A stretch of 64,000 nt of DNA from Ophelia neglecta (taxonomy: Eukaryota). The notes below the pieces were generated by a model. It was given only the letters and a program-made list of their open reading frames with translations. It was not told the DNA's origin and searched no databases. The first letter of the stretch is position 1. Every line of letters starts with the position of its first letter. A program made the translations under genes and the position numbers. The stretch spans positions 34,968,001 through 35,032,000 of the forward strand of contig OZ260666.1 in assembly GCA_965285935.1 (NCBI GenBank), given 5' to 3'. Positions 1 to 10,778 of this stretch are shown here, piece by piece.

Positions 1-339
1 ACATGAATAGTACATATTAGAATAATTAAAATGAAAATGTTTTTAAAAAGATTTTGTTCAAAATAAGCTCATATGGTTAAGATTGTACATTTTTATGAAA
101 ATGTGATCATCATTTGTACATTAAATTTATAAAACTACAAGCAAAAAGATTCCAAACTGGTCTTCATGCTTCATGCAACTAAAAACAACAACACAAACTT
201 TACAGGCTATTATAAAATGGAAGCATGAGGCATAGTTCTTAGTTAGGGGTGGGGGTGGGGGGTGGGGGGTGAGGGTGGGGGAGGTCAGTAAATGTTCTTG
301 TCTACACCAATTTCTAGAAGTTTAAATCGAATAGGCCTA

Positions 340-3142
340 GGGGAAATGTGGGTAAGTACGATCAGTTGAGTTCCAGCTGCAAGTCACCTTGCTAATGCAA
401 CGGGACTTTAAGTAGTATGAAGTATATATGATGACATTGGAGTAAGGAGTCACTTTACTGCAGATCTAGCCAAGATTACTACTTAAAACGTGTGTTTACC
501 CAAACACAGCTCTTATTATATGCAAAAAAAGTCATGTGGGGGTAAGTACGATCACATGATGGGTAACTACGATCAACAGGATTACAAGCATGTTTCATCC
601 CTGTCCATGTTCTACGTCTAAGCTGATTGACATTTTTTGTTTATCATTTTACTTTCTTTGCTAGGCCTAGGCTATAGGAACAGAACAAAGCCTACTGGTG
701 ATCAAAGGGCTGTCAATTTTTGATTAATGAATGAGTTCTTCTCCTGGGAAAAGTAATCAATACTAAGCCAGTTCTAGACACACTTGCAAGTCTAAATATA
801 CATGTTCCCAAGGTTTATGGTCCATATTATGCAATCGTTTTCCAAGAAAATCCGCGAGTTTTTTTGTACATATGGATATAAGAAGGCGTATACATGTAAA
901 CATAGTATTTTATGTCAAGCATTTAAGTGTGAACATTTTATTGTACCAACCTGGAACCACAAATAGGTTTTATTTACTGCCAGTATTGACAGGTGATTAT
1001 TGGCTCATTTAATAGAAAACATTATGTAACCTTCCCTTTTTCATTGGTATCTCTCCCCCCCCCCCCCCCCCCCCCCAATTGAAACCTGATAGGCTTAAAC
1101 TGCTCAGAACAAAGGCCAGGGGATCAAAGGGCTGTCAAATTTTGTTTAATGATCGAGTCCTTCTTGAGGGTAAACGACAATAAAACAAACTCTTAGACAC
1201 GTGTGTATGAGATCTACTAAGACTTCATGTTATTCTATAAATAGACCGACAATATTCCCCACGGCCTGACTGTGGCACATAATTGAGACCTTTTGTTCCG
1301 TAGAATCAGCCTATATAAGCTGAACCTTAGACAAAGCTGCCACACAATGGTGTGCTTGGGTTTTATGAAAATTGCGGCAAATGGCTGTTGATCCACTATA
1401 GAAAGCATGCATTTTTTCTTTCTAAACCATGGCTATACACACATGCGCACCGGGCAGAAGCCAAAAGCAATCGTGCATTCTGATAGGCTGCTGAGTTAAT
1501 CTACGCGTTCTTTGAAAGAACTTGTGCGGAGGGGACAAGCCACCCTTCGGAGATGAAAGGTTGCCGCCCGCTTAGAACTCATAGATAGGATATAAATAGC
1601 TTTGTAAAACGATTGAAACCCGCGAAAGTTGCACATGGCCGAGGTTTTGGGGACTCAATTAATGTTGGATTGGGTGGGGGGGGGGGGGGGGGGGTCGGAG
1701 AGTATGCCTTTGCAATCTCCAGAGTATGCGCGCGGAATGGAACACTCACCCTTGACATTGCGTAAAACATGCCTAATTATAAAACAGAATAATAGGGGAG
1801 GGTTTATATTCGGAGAAAATGACAGGTAAATATTCAGCAAGTTAGCTTTTTCCATTTATGCTGAATAGGCCTCCTAAAAAGCGATGTAAAAGTATGTTTC
1901 CCCATGCAAACACCCTAAAAGTTCGGACCGGGCGACACACGTGCTTTATATTCGGGCAGGCGTCTACAACATCAGAGAATGAGTCGGCATCTTTGACATA
2001 TTGAAACAAGTTTATCTCAGTTGTTTCCAACGACTTTCAGATTCAGTCTGGTTGGCCGATGTCGCGAATTTTCCATAATTACATTAGGCCTAAATAACTG
2101 ACATATCGGTATCTCTTCTTTCTATATAGTTATACATGGAAAGTTTCAATTGGCGTTACCTGTCTCTTATTAGTAATGATATCCCATTACTGCCTAGGGA
2201 TTCCGTACTTCACCAATTTAAGAGTAATTTATTATACGTGTCATCTAATTGAGATAAGTAAAATAAAGAATCTTGTCTTCGGTGCCTAATATCGCTTATA
2301 GAGTGCACTCATAGAATAGAATAAATTAATTAAGCCACAGGGTATGATGAGGGTTGATTTAATGAGAGTAATTTTAAGACGAACAGTACAAGTTATTATA
2401 AGCTATATTGGCCGCGGCCTGGTAAACATTTAAGGGCAGCAGCTAGGTCTGGAATAAATGCAATAGAAAATCCCTATTCATGCAAAAACGTGTCCAGTTT
2501 GAGCTAATTTAACATTGATAATTAATAATTATGGAGTACTATATGAGGCTGACTGTATTAGTTGCAGCGGTTCAATAAAAGTAGCTGGTTATAGTCATGA
2601 TTGTGTACCATTTTCCCATCAATCATTTCTCTTACCCAGAGGTCAGCGCTCAACAAATGGAAATGTCGGTGATCGTACTTACCCCAGGCTAGAAATTTTA
2701 GGTTGGGGTAAGTACGATCGATACTTTTTTATTGATTATATTTGATTAAGATATATTTTGTAAACTGAATAAACGGCAACTTATTCTTTAAACTATTATA
2801 TTTCTAGTAAATACGACTCGAAGGATAAGGGGACGCTTTATAACTAGACCAATGTACATTAGACAGACATACCTCAAATCGGTGACTATACTTTGAAGTG
2901 CTGGCGATTTTTCAGGGGAATGACGTAGTCACCGAAAGAGCCAATTACAATAGTGTGTTGTTGCTTTAATAACCAGGATATAGTTTCCACTTTTAAGGTG
3001 CTAAATAAATATGATTTGGGGGATGGTAACAACAACACAACGCGTGTATACTACTGATAAGATTTATTTAGGAGGCACTCAAACTAGCCTTGTTACAAAT
3101 GAACGTAGTTACCCAGGTGATCGTACTTACCCACATTTCCCC
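340..3142. mobile_element. Non-autonomous DNA transposon (Tc1/mariner/pogo-superfamily-like, TA target duplication)
   Basis: Perfect 25-bp terminal inverted repeats ggggaaatgtgggtaagtacgatca (340-364) / tgatcgtacttacccacatttcccc (3118-3142), each flanked by TA (338-339, 3143-3144). Internal copies of the TIR core at ~540-554, 561-575, 2670-2685, 2705-2719, 3104-3115. No transposase ORF inside. Confidence 0.85.
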
Positions 3143-3513
3143 TAACTATTGGGTTCTAAAACCAGTATAAAAAAATCTCACACCAAAAATCACACTTTCT
3201 ATACACAGGACTTTGGAGGTTATAAAGGAACATAACTACACTGCCAAGTCTGCTAACAATGGTTCTTAGTAATACATGAACCAATTTTATAAAGTAATTT
3301 TCATGGAAATAAAAATTAATGAAATACCGGTGCACTCGACATGGAAAGTTGCATATTCCAGCTTTAAATGAGACTTTAGATGAGACTTTAAATGAGACAT
3401 TTCTTCATATTAATATATATATCTCACCCTGCCTTTGAGAAGTGATAGCACAAACAGGTCAGTTTTATGTATGTAAACTGCCAAGAGCCAGCTCATTGTG
3501 TTGCAGGCTGAGG

Positions 3514-4824
3514 CTAGAACTGGTTTGAAGGGTAGAGATTGGCAGGGGGTGCACTAGGGGGAGTTTGGGGTCCGTTTGGCAGTTTGGGTTCATCAGGAGG
3601 GAGGGGGGGTTTCTCAGGTGAAGGCATACGCAAGTCATCATCATCATCGCTACTTTCTTCCTTCTCACCCCTTTTCGCCCACCAATTTTCCCACAGTGCA
3701 GCAGCCACCTCACTTGATGTGAGATGACTAGTGTTATGGCCTATCAGACGCAACAAGAAAACGCCATCTTGCTTTAGATAGTCAAATGTGAATTCCCTTA
3801 AGGCATCTCGGCGGCTCCGAGTTCTTAGGCAGTTTGAGGGATCGAGATGGGTTTTCACGTAGAGATTTCTGTCACCAGAGGACACCACTCGTAACAACCA
3901 CATGAACAAGTTGAGGACAGAGATGACCAAGAGAAGAACCATCCAGAACCACAGAAACATGTACATTTTCTCAGAGAACAGGTTGATAGGCAATACGCAT
4001 TGGATTGTATAACGCTGGACATTTCCCAGGCGACGGATGTAAAAATCACACATGGTGACTTTAGGGAACACTGTGGTATTTGTAAAGTCCCTGTCTTCAT
4101 CAAAATGTTCTTGAACTGCATCATAACCATAGCGATAAAAAGCCGTTTTGAAAATTGGGCTAAGGGCAAATAACTGGAAGACCACATTGCCTATGTAGAG
4201 AAGCTTAACCCATAAGTAGAGAAGGGTAAGGTAGTTGCCCAGCCTTTTTCCACAGCAACAGCAGAGTAATGACATGGCCTTCTGAATGGGGTTGAAGTTC
4301 CCTCCTTTCTTTTCACCTCGACCGCTAACAAATCGGTCAATCTGATTGGAGATGAGCTTTAGCCGCTTTTCTCGGTTTTCTGCCTTCACCGTGCTTTCTA
4401 ATGTACCGCTAGTGTCCAAGATGTTGTCAGCATCAACTCCTGCCTTGCTGTTCATAGCTCGCCACACCACATTTGGGCAGTAAAATAAAACCGCCTGGGC
4501 CAGTAGTATGAAGGGTAGCCATTGGTAGTATACTATTTCAGCCCTTTTCTCATGCTGATATGCTTTAGGGATCTCCTTATCGAAAGCTAAGAAGTAGGTG
4601 TTTTTCACCCAACAGTGAGAAGTGGCATAGCTTTTGTGGCTGCCTGTGAAGTGGGTGGGCATCCAACAGGTGATGGGGGTGCCCACCCAATGCTGCATGG
4701 TGATCACTACCATAAATACTCCCAGGATGACAGGGGTGAACATGTGATGTAGTCGATCCACACCGTCATCCCCCTTTGGAATTCTTCTGGTAGGAATACG
4801 TGAAGCAATGGTAAGGATATCCAT
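3514..4824 (-). CDS. inx: Innexin (invertebrate gap-junction/hemichannel protein), intronless, 436 aa
   Basis: Uninterrupted ORF with strong start context (atcaccATGg). Innexin hallmarks: DD..DRL, G.PITCW.P..F, HCW, YYQWLPF, FPKVTMCDF, QCVLPIN..EK, YL..DGVFLL, four hydrophobic TM segments. Confidence 0.96.
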   Translation of the reverse strand: MDILTIASRIPTRRIPKGDDGVDRLHHMFTPVILGVFMVVITMQHWVGTPITCWMPTHFTGSHKSYATSHCWVKNTYFLAFDKEIPKAYQHEKRAEIVYYQWLPFILLAQAVLFYCPNVVWRAMNSKAGVDADNILDTSGTLESTVKAENREKRLKLISNQIDRFVSGRGEKKGGNFNPIQKAMSLLCCCCGKRLGNYLTLLYLWVKLLYIGNVVFQLFALSPIFKTAFYRYGYDAVQEHFDEDRDFTNTTVFPKVTMCDFYIRRLGNVQRYTIQCVLPINLFSEKMYMFLWFWMVLLLVISVLNLFMWLLRVVSSGDRNLYVKTHLDPSNCLRTRSRRDALREFTFDYLKQDGVFLLRLIGHNTSHLTSSEVAAALWENWWAKRGEKEESSDDDDDLRMPSPEKPPLPPDEPKLPNGPQTPPSAPPANLYPSNQF

Positions 4825-5594
4825 GGTGATTGTGGTCTCTCACGAGATGTAAATTGTTCTTTTGTGGGAATAACTTCAACTTTCAGTGTTTACCTATCAG
4901 CCTTCAACATTGAAGGATGGCTGTCCAAATATCTTTGTTGACTTGCACTAGAATCCATTCACAGCTATTCAAACACCCACTGCGCGACCACATCTAAACC
5001 ATAGTGACATTTTTTAATGGCAGTAATTTTAACATATTCTGAATAAGTTCCGGTTTAAAAACAGTTCCACTTAATCCATGTGCGTCACACACCTATTATA
5101 TAGCACTTGTTTTTTGGGATGATGATCAATTGTAGATTTCTGAATTTTCCTTCCTTTCCTTTCAACTTCGAAATGATGTGCCACTCAAACGATTTCTAGA
5201 AATCCTTTGTTGTGTCTGCTGCGTCCATCAGTGTTCTAAGTCTTTCAAAGTCTTAAAAAGTTCCAACCTTTACAGAGTACTGATTATCACTCCATAAAAC
5301 TGTTCTAGTTGATAAAGAATTTTGCTCAGCCAGTTTCCGGTGGAATTCGGGGGTCACATGTTTGTTGAGTGAATATATGCCAGTTGTTGGATACATAGCT
5401 CTGGATGATCTAGTGTTCATCAGTTCGTCGTCCAACAGTACTGTGCCATTTAGCGACAGGACACATCTGGAAGATGGACTCCTCTGTAAGGGATGTCAGC
5501 TCACCAGTATAGTATCGCGCGCAAACCAGTTATGTATTAGTTGACACTAATGCGCGAGGGTACAGATTGAAACACCCCTTTGTAAGGCGAGGCC

Positions 5595-5601
5595 ATTTAT
5601 A
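5595..5601 (-). promoter_or_regulatory. Candidate TATA box for the minus-strand innexin
   Basis: TATAAAT on the minus strand ~770 bp upstream of the ATG, flanked by CACCCC-type motifs (5571-5580, 5637-5645). Inference only. Confidence 0.35.
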
Positions 5602-7428
5602 GCCTGCCTTCAAATTTCCATGGATATAGGATTACGAGGGGTGTGCTTGAATAAATCAAGTCGAGGGCACTTATAAACTTGTGTGCAGAAATCCACTGTC
5701 GTTTGAATTCTCCCAGCAAGCTTTTTGTACATTGCACCTTTTAAGAGCGAGAGGGAGAATATTCATAAGTGGACGCTGACTTTTTATGGTGTTCTAGTCT
5801 TACGAAAAATTCGCATGCTGTTTTACATATTTAAACATAAGGGGGAGTGTGCGGATAAATTCATATATATTCACTATAATACAACAATGAAATATGGTAA
5901 CAAAAGAGAGAGCCATCAAAGACAAGTTTAAAGTATTTACTTTAGCAGCCGATCTGGTTACGCGCCTATACTTGCTTTAGATATTTTTCTAAACATGTTT
6001 CTTCTAGTTTATTGGTATTCGTGTTAATTTTGTTTCTTTCTTCATGAAGTTACGTCTTGTGTATAGGCTTTTAATTAAAGAGAGAGAGAGGCCCATGAAT
6101 ATGATAACAGGACCACAGTTTCATTATCTTAAGAAATTAAGCGTTAAGGAGTAGATTGTTATCATTTGATTTCCAGCTATTTTCAGATGTCGCTGAAAGC
6201 ACTGCTTTCGCTTATATTATTGAATATAGAAAATTCCCACAGAATTAGATCTAGAAATCTTGATTGGCCATGTAAATTTATTTACTTTGCAAGGCTGTAC
6301 AGAAATATATGATAATCGGCAATTTCCTTTTTACTTTTTTCAGTCAAATTGTCTTACACGGAAGCTTATATCGGTATAACGCAATGGACTGACAAGGGCC
6401 TACTTATATTTGTAGCTGGCAATGCATTATAAATCTAATAAGTTTGGTGAAAACCTCGACCCACGCGCTATCAGAATTGCTTCCTCCATCTGTCCATGTC
6501 CACACCAGGATTCCGGCCTGCCCGCCAAAGGTACACTTACATATTTAGAGTTAGTAATTCCATGCGCTCAGGCATTAAGCCGCAGGCGGCATCCAGGCAT
6601 TTTATAAATACCTATTGCTGAAGGCCGGCATGTTACATAAATACTTACACTGCCCGGGCGCATTGTCTCCTGGGGTGGGGGGGGGGCCTTACAGATGGTC
6701 TTACAGGTACCACAATACCCAATTAATTCGGCTTTAAGCTCTTAAGACAAACAGCAAATGCTAAATAAATTGATGTTCAGTAAATGTAATGTACGAAGGA
6801 CAATTAAACGAATTACGTCATCAATTTAGTTTGCAATTGTACTTTTATGACATGGCAGGGAGGGAAGTATTATAACAGCTACCTTATAATTTAATTATTG
6901 TGTGTTTCGTATCTTCCGTAAAAATTCCAAAGTCCAATATAAAGTGCACTTAGAATTATAGACAATGTATTTCTATGCCACAGTGTAGATATTGCATTAA
7001 CATCCGCAGTTACATATTAGATTACATTTTAAAACAAAATATTTCCGCTTCAACAGAATCTTAGAAAAAAAGTTAGTATCTGTCTCTAAGATATAACAAA
7101 CTATTAAATTATGTTATATAGCATTTGTCTGTCAAATTTATAAAAAATAGTAAATTGATGGGTCTATCAATTATCCTCAGTGAAAACAGTACATATGCGT
7201 ATATATACCCCCCCCCCCCATTTTGGCCGGCACGTATCTGGAAGTAACACCCCTTTTAAATGGGCTTCAATTGAAGTCCCCCTGTCAAGACGGTGCAACG
7301 CGTTGGCAGTCTCCAACAAAGGGCTATGAGTGGTTAGCTCGGAAGGTCGAGGGAAGCGTTCGCCATTGCGCCTAGTACGAGAAAGTAATCAAAAATCTTA
7401 ACGAATAGTAGTAGGAACGTTGCCCAAG

Positions 7429-8742
7429 ATGGAGAAGTTGGTAATGCTAGTTTCTCGAGTTCCCAAAGGGAGAGTGGAACACGATGATGACACTGTGGAC
7501 AGACTTTCCCACCGTTATTCTGTGATTATTATGGTAGTGTTCGCTGTACTGTTGTCCATGCAGCAGTATGTAGGGAAGCCTATAGCGTGTTGGGTGCCCA
7601 AGGAATTCACAGGAAGCCACACCAAATACACCAACTCCTACTGCTGGGTGAAAAACACATATTTTCTAGCACTCGAAGAAGAAATTCCTAAAGAACACGA
7701 AGCTGACCAGAGAAGAGAGATTATTTACTATCAATGGATGCCTTTTATCCTGCTTACTCAAGCGTTTTTTTTCTACGTGCCTCATTTGATATGGAGAGCT
7801 ATGAACTCCAAAGCTGGCGTGGATTCAGACAATATTTTGGACGCTGCAGAGAGTTTCGCCAGGGCTGAGAAAATAGAAAAAAAAGAGAGAACTTTGGCAC
7901 TAATTACCAATCAAATTGATAGATTTTTGGATAACCCAAAAGGAAAATCAAAAGGTGGAAAAGAATGGTCTGCAAGTCTAGGTCACTGCATCTCCAAAGT
8001 TTTTTGTTGTTTCTGTGGAAAGCACTTTGGCAATTATCTAACTCTTTTGTATATAGCTGTTAAGTTCCTCTATATTGGCAATGTGTTCATGCAACTTTTT
8101 GTATTGAACCGTGTGTTAAAAACCAATTTTAACCTGTTCGGAGTTGAAGCCATACAAAATGCAATGGATGAACAAGCTTGGATGAATTCCACAGTGTTTC
8201 CAAAAGTGACTATGTGTGATTTTCACATTCGTCGGCTTGGTAACGTCCAGAGACATACCGTCCAATGTCTGCTGCCCATTAATCTGTATGTTGAGAAAAT
8301 TTATATTTTCCTCTGGTTCTGGATGGTTTTTGTTTTGGCCGTAAGCACCTTGAGCAGTCTGATGTGGATAGTGCGAGCAATGATTCGTGAAGATCGTATC
8401 ACCTATATTAAAAATCACCTGACCTATGGAGAGCAGATGAACTGTCAAATGGACAAGGACTTTGCCAAGAAGTTTGTGAATGATTATTTGAAACAAGATG
8501 GCGTGTTTTTGTTACGATTGATAGGACATAACACTGATGGTCTTACCGCAACAGAAATCATCGGGGCGGTGTATGACAAGTGGAGGGGCAGGCAGTATAT
8601 AGAGCCAACTGAAAAGCCCTCCCCCTCCACCCTCCCCTTGAAACATCGCATGAACGGAGGTCCTAAAAGCCCTCCGCCTACAGCCCCACCCCTGCCCCCA
8701 TACAGCCCCTTAGATGATGTAGACTCTGCAAAAATGGTCTAA
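7429..8742 (+). CDS. inx: Innexin, intronless, 437 aa (paralog of the minus-strand innexin)
   Basis: ORF-track start at 7420 is TTG; first ATG at 7429 in ccaagATGg context. Same motifs (DDDTVDRL, GKPIACW, YCW, YYQWMPF, FPKVTMCDF, QCLLPIN, YLKQDGVFLL) and long near-identical stretches with the neighbouring innexin (e.g. WRAMNSKAGVD.DNILD). Confidence 0.96.
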   Translation: MEKLVMLVSRVPKGRVEHDDDTVDRLSHRYSVIIMVVFAVLLSMQQYVGKPIACWVPKEFTGSHTKYTNSYCWVKNTYFLALEEEIPKEHEADQRREIIYYQWMPFILLTQAFFFYVPHLIWRAMNSKAGVDSDNILDAAESFARAEKIEKKERTLALITNQIDRFLDNPKGKSKGGKEWSASLGHCISKVFCCFCGKHFGNYLTLLYIAVKFLYIGNVFMQLFVLNRVLKTNFNLFGVEAIQNAMDEQAWMNSTVFPKVTMCDFHIRRLGNVQRHTVQCLLPINLYVEKIYIFLWFWMVFVLAVSTLSSLMWIVRAMIREDRITYIKNHLTYGEQMNCQMDKDFAKKFVNDYLKQDGVFLLRLIGHNTDGLTATEIIGAVYDKWRGRQYIEPTEKPSPSTLPLKHRMNGGPKSPPPTAPPLPPYSPLDDVDSAKMV

Positions 8743-10778
8743 GACATAGAAATGTCATTGCAGCATTCATTGTGTGTCTCACAAACCAAAGATATGATAA
8801 TTTTGATATTTTATTTACTTTTATTGGTATCTAATTGATATTTTGATATTTTTACAGTTGACTAGCTATTTTTTAAGATATATCTGTGTTTCTATCATGT
8901 TTATATCTATCCACATAGTACAGGGACTGAGGTCAGTATTTGTGGTGTACAAGGTTAATGCATATCATTATTTACACTATTCCAAATGAATTCCAGGTCA
9001 TGTGATCACTACCGGTATGTTCATCATTTGCATTTAAATGGGATTATGTGTTCAAATAATTATCCTTTTAACATTTTCAAAAAAGACTTAAAGGAAATTT
9101 TTACCAAATATTGTGTTCACATTAATGTATATCATACCATGTCTCATTTTATTATTTAAATGTAAAATTAACACTTTTATATCTGTGTAACATTGTTTTA
9201 TATAACGTGGTTCTGTGTTGAAAATAGTCCTGGTGAAATTTACCTCGGTGACAACTGCCCAGTACTTTCATTAATGCAGTAGCTAGCTATATGTATAGGA
9301 GTCTTAATACCATGAATATTTGGTCACCTGACCCACGGATAGAGTAGCAGTATATATTGTTTCTACATGGAGAGTGGCTCAATACACTTACTACCAGGCT
9401 TGTGTCAAATGTGTATATTATCAAAAATGTCAACAATTTTATCTGACATAGACATATAATTATATTTATTATTGGTCTATTACTAACAATTTATTGATAA
9501 TTTGCAGTTGTATTCCAATACTTTAGATATAATCAGTCCAGTGCAGACACATGTGTCTTTAAAATCAGGATACCAATAATTGTGTCAGGTTGGCAACAGC
9601 CATTGGTATTGGTGGCAAGAAGCACAATTAAGGACCTTGTGTTACCGGTGTATGGTTTTGATGTAGATTTTATGATAAGCCTTTGATATAGTAGGCTCTT
9701 GGTAGATTGTCAGCAGTGTATTAGAAAAGGCTTGACTTGGCCCTTGTTGTATGACAAACCTATAGATTTACAAATCCTTGTTCAAATATGCTTAGCCATA
9801 TATATATTGTGCTTGGCTTCACAGCGTTGCAATAGAAGTATTTGATTAACTGCTCAACAAGTGGCCTCTTGATGGGAGATGTGTCTTATCCAAGCAGAAT
9901 CTGTATGTGTTTCCTAAAAACTACTATGTGTTCATTGTTCAACACTTCTGATGATCTGGTCAACAGGGATGTACAAATGAACTGTAATTTTATTATACAT
10001 ATCTGATATTTTTTATCATTAGGACTTTATCCTGAACAGCTGAATATAATTAGTGTATCTTTGTTCCATAGATTTCATATTTCAGTTTAAACTTGAGTGA
10101 GATTAAGCAAAGTAAACAATTTTAGATAAGATTTGTTATATATTTGTAGAAAGCTACCATGTTCAATGTATTGTAAAAAGAAACCATGAGAAATAAAGTT
10201 CCATGTCTAAGAGGTTTATTGTATGGCCTTCATTTTAGCTCATTTATCACTCACACACATTTATTGTGCAGATACTTAATATAATACTTTGTAATTATAT
10301 AGGACTAAACTATAGCCACCACAAGTTGGTGGCATGTACTTAAAACTGGGTCAACAAGCAGCAAAACTAAAGCCTTAATGCATCAATCTCGTGTGATTAC
10401 TTGTCACATGCCCTGCAGTGACAGCAATAAACATAACAATATGGACCACAATTTTCTGCCATGGAATCAACAAGCAATTTATGTATAATTTCATATATAA
10501 TGTGTTCAGCAGCAATGATCACAAACTATCGTGAAACAATTTAATTTTGCATCTCAACTTTTATCACAAGTATATGCAGCTTAACTCAGGTGCTTATCAC
10601 ATAGACTTTTTTATCTGGTCATGGTGTACATAGATAATGTTGTCATTACGTAAAGCAATACATGTATACTTAAAAAAAGAGACCTATTATTAACAAAAGG
10701 AATATTCCTAACAATATAAAGACTACAGGTTGCATTTAATAAATACAGTTGCTATATGTTTCTGTTAAATTTGTAACA

